Part shown: one piece after another, positions 55,186 to 64,000 of the stretch
How the letters are laid out: each line of letters opens with the position of its first letter
Numbering within the stretch: position 1 is the stretch's first letter
NCBI GenBank assembly: GCA_012295275.1
Contig: CM022666.1
Location: 5,332,001-5,396,000 of the forward strand
DNA: 64,000 nucleotides
Reading direction: 5' to 3'
Origin: Chrysomallon squamiferum
Lineage: Eukaryota > Animalia > Mollusca
Translations under genes and position numbers: made by a program
Notes under the pieces: generated by a model
Told to the model about the DNA's origin: nothing
What the model saw: only the letters and a program-made list of their open reading frames with translations
Databases searched by the model: none

Positions 55186-55573
55186 AGTAAAAGTAAGCGA
55201 GGGTTGAGTATAGTGATAGTAAATTAGTAAAAGTAAGCTAGGGTTGGGTATATTGATAGTAAATTAGTAAAAGTAAGCTAGGGTTGGGTATATTGATAGT
55301 AAATTAGTAAAAGTAAGCTACGGTTTAATATAGTGATAGTAAATTAGTAAAAGTAAGCTAGGGTTGGGTATATTGATAGTAAATTAGTAAAAGTAAGCTA
55401 GGGCTGGGTATATTGATAGTAAATTAGTAAAAGTAAGCTAGGGTTGGGTATAGTGATAGTAAATTAGTAAAAGTAAGCTAGGGTTGAATATAGTGATAGT
55501 AAATTAGTAAAAGTAAGTTAGGGTTGGGTATAGTGATAGTAAATTAGTAAAAGTAAGCTAGGGTTGGGTATAT
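55186..55573. repeat. 40-bp minisatellite, about 9.5 units
   Basis: aagtaagctagggttgggtatattgatagtaaattagtaa recurs every 40 nt from 55191 to 55551; directly abutting units with no unique spacers. Confidence 0.95.
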
Positions 55574-56022
55574 GAAAAGATATTAACTCAAAAGATAATG
55601 CACACAGCTGATAGATGCCAACAAAATTAGCACAGTAATTTTTTATTTAATAAGGAGAATCCATCATGTTATGTGTAGATGAGTTGTACTGGCAGTTTTG
55701 TTGATATTTTATATCATATAGTCAAAAACCAAAGTAACAAAATTCTCTTCTAGTTTTTGAGACCAGCTAAATTAAAAACAATAATATACAAAAAATAAAA
55801 ACAATACAAATAAGTCACATACTATTAACGCGCAGACAGACACACACACACTCACACACACAGATACACACACACTCACACACACAGTAAGACACACATA
55901 CTCACACACACAGACACGCACACACTCACACACACACACATCCACACACACACATTCACACACACACACATACATGCACACACATTCACACACACACACA
56001 GTCACACACACACTAACACACA

Positions 56023-56079
<57 letters not shown>

Positions 56080-58759
56080 ATACACACCCTGTGATCTATT
56101 TAAGAATTTGTCCCTGAGTTTTTTTAATCATAGAATCTAGACTACGGCACTAACATGTAATCTATTCATTCACTCTTCAACAGTCTAATCCTAAATAAAT
56201 GAATGAACAAAAGTTAATATCTGTTTTATCTCATTTCAAATGCCCTATGCAGTATAACGGGTTTGGAAGCTTTTGTTGAGAGGTGATCAGACAGCAATGC
56301 GGTTGTTTGGAGGACTGCCAAGTTAATGTAATAATTGGTGTCCAGGTGTTCACACAGTGATCTATTTACCAATTTTGCCAGGAGTTGTATTATGACAGAA
56401 ACTAGACTACGTCAAGTACATGTGATGTAAATGATATGCAGTGTTTTGGAGGAGGGTCAAGTTCATGTAATAACTGGTGTCTGACCAAGCGTTGCCGACA
56501 CCTGAACAGTAGTAGCGTGAATGAAGCAGGCAGAGAAATGAGATATCAGTTACACGTTTTGTGTACATTTTTCAGCGACGTCATTGTACGCCGGGACTTT
56601 ACAAACAGCTTTTAATAAAAACTGTACCGGTTGAACTACTTTAAATATGTGATATGAACATGGTTATATACCAGCAATATTTAACATACTGTCTATAAAG
56701 TACACTCATTATCCTTCATAAAATAAAAATTAAATCATGTCACTGACTAGTGTATAAGTGAAAAGTGAGTTGAAAAACATTCTCATTAATTTTACTTGAT
56801 ATTTTAAAAAGAAAAGACAATGATAAATGCAGAACAAGACATTTGTATTACATTTAAAGTAACTATCCAAGTAAAAAAAATTATGAACAGCTGACCATAG
56901 GTATCGCTGTAGTCTTTATTTAACAACAATGACAACAGCAAAAAAAACTAATTATAATGATGATGATGATGATAAATTCAATAGCAGTAGTAGCGGTAGC
57001 ACTAATTATAAATAGTAGGAGTAGTAGAAAAAATAATACTAGTAATCATGATTATATAGTAATAACATAGCAGTAGTAATAATGATGAAGATGATAGTGG
57101 TAGTAAAGTTAATGATAAATATGACAGTCATAATAAATCAATAATGATGATGATGATGATAGACATAATAAAATTAATAATCATAATATTTACGATTCTG
57201 AAATGCTTCTAAAAAGAAAATTCTTATTGTGAGAAAACAAAAAAATGCTTTAAATAGATTGTTTATTATTCAAATTGTACATCAGATTTCAAATGTAACG
57301 TATATATAAACATTTATTACTCTGATCATTTCAATGCATGAGTACATACTGTATAAAGAAAATCCTTTTTAACTGGATCATGCACTTAACTTGTATTATT
57401 CATTGTAAACTAATCAGTGAACTTTTAACTTTCATCAGTTAATTTATATAGAAAACCAGTAATATTTAAATATTTATTCACTGAATACAGCACACATTCA
57501 TTCATTCTCTCTATCTCTCTCTCTCTCTTATTATTTTGTATTTAATGACTTTTCAATCGTCTAGCCCTAAATAAATGATCGAAAATTGTGTCAGGTGTTC
57601 AGCGTGTTTATATAGACTAGAGGTAGCAGTAACTGCGTTATTAAAACAAGTTGTGAACGTTGAGAAATAAGATATCGGGGCAATCGCAAGATAGGTACAC
57701 ATTTCCCAGCCTGCGATGTCATTGTAGGTAGTAAATACGAGGGCCGTGCATTTTGTATGACCTGCCCCGCTTAGCAAACAGCTATTTATCAACACTGCTT
57801 GGATCATGATATATGTGATTGTGTGTGTGTGTGTGTGTGTATGTCTGTGTGTGTGTGTGAGTGTGTGTCTGTGCACGCATGTAGGTGTATCTATATAAGT
57901 ATGTGATATGTATATTGTTATATAACACCAATATCTAACACACTGTCTATAAACTATAGAAATTTTGCCTTACAAAATACAAATTTAAATGATGTCACTG
58001 ACTGGTGTAGAACTGAAAAGTGAGTTGAAAAATGCTCTTATTAATTTTACTTGATATTAAAAAAAAAAAAAAAGAAGAAAAAAAGAAAAGAAAAGAAAGC
58101 AAGAAAATCACATTTTCAGAACAATACATTTGCATTTCTTTTAAAATAAATATCCAAGTAATAAAAATAATGAACAGGTCACCAGAGGTATCACTGTAGT
58201 CTTTATTTAACAACAATGTCAACATCAAACAATAATAATGATGATGATGATAAATTTAATAGCAGTAGCAGCAGCACTAATATAAATAGTAGTAGTAGTA
58301 GTAAGAATAATACTAATAATATTAATTATTTAGTAATATTAATAGTAGTAGCAGTAGTAGTAATTATGATGATGATAGTGATAATAAAATTAATGATCAT
58401 GATGATAATAAAATTATTAATAATAATATTTATGATTGTGAAATGCTTCTAAAAAATATTTCTTATTTTGAAAAAACAAAAAATGCTTGAAACAGATTGT
58501 TTATTATGCAAATTTGTCATGACATTTTAATTTTAACATCTATATAAACATCTATTACTCTAATAATTTCAATGCATGGGTACATACTGTATAAAGAAAA
58601 TCCTTTTTAACTGGAACATCCACTTAACTTGTATTATTCATCATAAACCAATCAATGAACATTTAACTCTCAACAGTCATTTTATATAGAAAATCAATAT
58701 GTAAATAGTTATTCACTGAATACAGCACACATTCACTTTACATAGAACATCCCTAGAAC

Positions 58760-60231
58760 ACATTCACTGTTTGTAGAACATCCACTGTACAGATTTTCAG
58801 AACACAAACCATCAATAGTAAATACATTACACATTCACTGTACAAAGAAAAGCCATTATGCATGGAGTATTCATTATTATTTAACATTAATTATATTTAC
58901 AACATCCACAGATGTACATGTATAGCATATCAGCTGTACAAAAACGTCTACAGCAGAACATCCATTGTATACAGAACATCTACCAAACAAGAACATTCAC
59001 TGTACACTTAACATCTACTGTACCTGAGCATCCAATGTACCATGTACATACAATTGTATTTTACATAGGACATAGACCGAAGAACATCCACTGCAGAAGA
59101 GCGCCTATTGTACTTAGAATATCAACTGTACTAGAGCATCCACTGTACAAGAGCATCCATTGTACACAGAACATCTATTGTACAAGAATATCCATTGTAT
59201 AATGTGAGTAAAACCTAAAATAATAGTAAATAAAACCTGAAGCAGAGTCCATGTTTTGTGAATGATAAGGACTGTGAAAATTATCAACGATGAGGTTGAC
59301 ATTGAATTTTTGAATGATGATGTTGACAGTAAAATTCTGAATAATCATGTTGACAGTGAAAATCTGAATGATGATGTAGGATGATGGCCGTGACAACCTT
59401 TGTTCTTACTTATGAGAATGTAAATTACGTCATTCTGTAACTTTTGTTTCATTTCCTGTTACATATCGATTAACAAAAAGAAATCAACTAGAAACGAAGT
59501 ATTCAAAAATAAATAAATAAACTCACAGATCACACTTACCATATCGTTATGGAGACCCAGTCTTTTGAAACTTTGCTTGGTTAGCACAACGTCTGACACC
59601 TCTACACCTCTTTAGTTTTCTGTTTCAGTATATCATTGTCACCTTCATCATGAGCTGTCAAGATAATTCATAGTTTGTATTATAGAAATACTGGATGACT
59701 AATAGTGTATGTAAATAAACAACAACAACAACAACAAAAATAACAACTATAACACTACTACTACTACTACTACTAATAATTAGTAATTACATTAATAATA
59801 ATAACAATAATAATAATAATTTATAATAATTATAATAATAATAATAATAAATAATAATAATAATAACAATAATAATAATAACAATAATAATAATAATAGT
59901 ATTATTAGTAGTGGTAGTAGCAGTAGTTGGTTTTGTTGCAATAACAGTGGTAGTATCTGTAATAATAATTAAGTAGGAATAGTAGTAATAGTATTAGTAC
60001 TCGTTTTAGTAATAACAGTACTTGCAGTAATAATGAGAATGATCAAATTACGTATTAAAATAACTGATATAAAAAGTAATTTAACAATATAACAAATAAA
60101 ACCTAACTAATTTTATTTAAAAGTTAACCTGTTATTATTAGTAGTACTTTGTAAATATTGTTGTTGTTGTTGTTATTGTTATTATTATTATTGTTATTAT
60201 TATGATTATTATTATGATTATTATTATTATG

Positions 60232-60266
<35 letters not shown>

Positions 60267-61701
60267 AAACATTACTGAATTTCCCTTCACTCCACTTTGA
60301 CGTTTTCGCTGTTTGGCAGCCTGGTTTACCTCCCCTTGACTTGACTGAGAGACAGGTAAGAACCAGTGATTGTGAAAGACAATATTTACTGTTACTAATA
60401 TCCATGTCTATTTTTTACTTCTTTTTTTTTTTTTGAAGAACTGAGAATTTTATTTTATTTTATTGAAATAAAACTAAATTCCTGATTTAACTAATAGATT
60501 AGGGAATCAAATCTTTGTACACATACGAACATAATATTTCAGAGGATCGGACGTATTTGTGAATATAAAACAGTTGATATCAAATGAATATTTTCTGTGT
60601 GTCTGTGTGCAAACAATTGATGAGGGTGTGCCAATTGTGTTCCCAACCCCCACCGATCATTTCATGATATGACCTGAAGAAAATATCAGGCTTTAAATGT
60701 TGTTTTGTCTTGTTTTTCTTCAAAAATTATTCTTAACCTGACAAAACAGATGAGTTAAAGGATGAAAATAAAGTAAACAAAAAACAAAAAATAAAAATAT
60801 AAATATATACATACACACACATAAATATACATATATATATACATATAAGAACATATATATATACATATTTCTTTTTTAAGAACTCAGATTTTTATTTTAT
60901 TTTATTGCAATGAAAAGTCCTGTTATGACACAGCTAAATTCCAGTTATATCTTATAGATTATGGAAGCAAATCTCTATACACATATGTAAATAATATCTC
61001 AGAGAAACTGATGTCCTTGTGAATATAAAACAATTCATATCAAATAAAATTTAAATTTAAACAAATATAAGAACAAAATATTACATTTATTATTCTCCTT
61101 AAGGATATTAAACACAGTCAGATATAGACAAATATAATCTGAGTTCTCACATAAACACAACTAAGACAAATGGACTTAGAGTTTTAAAATTATATTTGAT
61201 AATATTTCTATGATGACTGAATACAATCTTTCATTTTCTATTTTTCATCTTCTTTATTTTTCTTCTGTATCTTCTTTCTTTCTCTCTGTTTACACAGGCC
61301 ATGTTTCTATTGTTTAAGGAGGAAGACACGCCTTAATCTTTTAACAACGTGAACACAGACAGGCTGTTTGTGCAGTTTCATTAGTGTCGTTTCTCTTACT
61401 TTACCCTGGTTATGACCCTGGTGAGAAAAGGCAGTGAATCACATAACGTGACACGAAAACATCACACGTTTGGTCTATCCATCAAACAAGAAGTACATTA
61501 CTTCAACTAAATGACTTGATTTTCATTTGTTATTTCTCTGTTCCTTTATTATTGATTTTACAAGATATTTTATGGGTATGATCAGGTGGTTACCTAGTTT
61601 TTAGAAGTCATTCTGATTGTATAACTTATATTTATCTTTTTGTGTCTATTCTTTTTTCATTCATTCATTTTGTTTTACTTTAATTTTTATCATTTATTTA
61701 A

Positions 61702-61744
<43 letters not shown>

Positions 61745-61880
61745 TCTTGTCTTAAACTTTATGTATTTATTTAGTTATTTACTAATTATTATGTATTATT
61801 TATAGCCTAGGTGAAAGCTGAGTTCTGGAAGAATGGATTTTTCTAATTATTTCATAGAAACCTCAATCTAAAGAAACACA

Positions 61881-61923
<43 letters not shown>

Positions 61924-62200
61924 ACACTCACACACACACACACACACACATTTTAAAGTCTTATGAGTGGGTGCTCTGTGTATGCAAATGACGTTCGTGA
62001 CCTAGTAACTGCTTTATACATGAACCGACCTAAAAAATAATAAGAATATAAATAAAAAATTCGTATCGATGTTCATATTCATTTTCAACAACAATCACAA
62101 CAACAGATTTATTTATTTATGACAACAATAATGAATTCATACTTTCTAAATTCGTCTAACAGTAATACGGTTAACAACTTCAACTAGTGAACTAGAGACT
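58760..62200. repeat. Diverged duplicate of the window start (~1-4700) and of the 3'-flank block at ~48530-48820
   Basis: Collinear similarity, including the acagaacatccactg-type short repeats, the TM-gene exon relics and the (CA)n-flanked 3'-flank element. Confidence 0.8.
59540..60344 (-). pseudogene. Membrane-protein gene fragment, copy 3: deleted remnants of exons a (60344-~60274), b and c (fused, ~59655-59540)
   Basis: Direct similarity to 3300-3371, 2300-2344 and 1822-1885, with large internal deletions. Confidence 0.65.
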
Positions 62201-62451
62201 TCTGAAAAGATCGAATCATATTCTCTACGAGCTCGCGCACAACTTCTATTCCTGTGTGACCTGAGTCATAAATAACAAAATCCAGTCAGTCCGGATTTGT
62301 TATCTTACACGTAATCGGAATAAATAAGTATAGTGATCAGTTATTATTACAGGGCCAGGTATATGAATTCTCAGAAATATCTACCTGTGACAGAAGAATC
62401 TTCTGTTTGTAAATGTCGCTTGTATCATGACTGTTGATTCAATCTGCCGAA

Positions 62452-62502
<51 letters not shown>

Positions 62503-63603
62503 ATGAGCGAAATAAAGTAAAATCAAATAAAAACAAAAATCAAATAAAATAAAATAAATGAAAATATTTTTTGAAATAAAATAAGTAAGAATACAAAACT
62601 GTAAAAAAGTTAGATAAATAAATAAAGTAAAATATGCTGAATTAAAATTTAAAAATTTAAAAATAAAAAAAAAAAAGTGATAAAATAAAAATACAAAATG
62701 ATAAAAGTAAAAGTAAAATAAATAAATACATTAAAATATATAAAAATAAATTAATTAATTAAAACAATAAAATAAATGAAATAAAATTATAATAAGATAA
62801 AATAAAATAAAATATATAGAGTAAAATAAAAATAAACAAACAAACCATAAATAGATAAATAAATAAATAAATAAGTAAATAAATCAATCAATCAATAAAT
62901 AAATAAGTAAATAAATAAATAAGTAAGTTCGCGTGCATGTGATAAATAACTGAATAAATTGCTATATTTAAAGCTGCACTTTAGAAGATAATAATATTGT
63001 ACTGAAAACAAACAGAAAATTAAGTTTCCCATAAACTCTTGTTTTATTTCCGATAACGCGTTGTCCTTCAAACCATATTTTGATTTGCTCTGAGAAAATA
63101 TAACCTTATCGAGACAATAAGATGCTTAGAATCAAAAATGAAAACAAAATTAATAATTAAAAGCTGCATAATGTTCGTAAATAAACTACGTGCATTTATT
63201 GCTGGTTGTTACTGTTGTAGTTCTTGTTATTATTAATATTAACATTGCTGTTGTCGTTCAGAGTTCAGCTGGAAAAAAGCTAAAAAACAACAATGAAAAA
63301 CCCAAACAAGAACAATAATAATAAAAACACACACACACACACACATACACACACACCGTGATCTATTTAAGAATGTTGCCCTGAGTTGTTTTTATGACAG
63401 AAACTAGACTACGTCAAGTACATGTGATGTAAATGATATGCAGTGTTTTTGAGGAGTGTCAAGTTAATGTAATAATTGGTGTCTGACCAAGCGTTGCCGA
63501 CCCCTGAACAGTAGCAGCGTGAATGAAGCAGCCAGAGAACTGAGATCACACGTTAGATAAACATTTCACAGACAGCGAGGTCACGTTACCTGTACATTTT
63601 TTC

Positions 63604-63613
63604 GGGACTTTCC
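63604..63613 (+). promoter_or_regulatory. Perfect canonical NF-kB site GGGACTTTCC
   Basis: Exact match. Paralogous module copies read GGGACTTTAC (~42555, ~56593) next to CGACGTCA. Confidence 0.35.
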
Positions 63614-64000
63614 AAACAGCTATTTGTAAACACTGCTCGTATCCTTTTAAGTATGTGATATGAACACGGTTATAAAAGAGCAATATTTAACTTACTGCCT
63701 ATAAAGAATACAAATTATGCTGCATTAAATGAAAATTAAATCATGTCACTGACTGGTGTATAAGTGAAAAGTGAGTTGAAAAATGATCTCATTAATTTTA
63801 CTTGATATATAAAAAAGAAAAGAAGAAAATGATAAATGCAGATCAAGACATTTGACCAAGTGTTGCCGACATCTGAACACGTAGAGAAAGAGAAAAGAAA
63901 TGTCTCAGCAATCACAGGTTAGGTAAATATTTCACAAACAGCGGGCTTATTGTAGATCGAGTGAACACGTGGATAGTGCACTTCGAACAAGACGCCTAGA

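Noticed and set aside
55186-55573. Regular 40-bp array (and the 50-bp array at 40421-40970) as CRISPR
   Set aside because: Units abut without unique spacers, there are no cas genes, and the context is eukaryotic.

Overview
AT-rich, microsatellite-dense eukaryotic (animal, probably invertebrate) genomic DNA with spliceosomal GT-AG introns and a 200-N scaffold gap at 33308-33507. The window is a segmentally duplicated cluster of TNF-superfamily ligand genes on the minus strand. Three copies are intact (A 5106-7084, B 12249-14076, C 17575-19405; coding exons of 261/37/108/389 nt; 264 aa; type II membrane ligands with a six-cysteine stalk and a C-terminal TNF homology domain). A fourth copy (D 49626-51574) has a 1-bp frameshift in the last beta-strand. 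There are at least six truncated or inverted TNF relics. Interleaved on the same strand are scattered exons of a second, unrelated multi-pass membrane-protein gene. It is never complete in one place, but four exons taken from different duplicates splice together in frame once one base is restored. The window also holds two non-autonomous hAT-like elements with 8-bp TSDs, an internally deleted Mutator/FLYWCH-like relic, 40-50-bp minisatellites, a repeated ~1.8-kb non-coding module, and an ~10.8-kb duplication that abuts the gap and may be partly an assembly artefact. All exon boundaries were read manually from the sequence; no database search was run.
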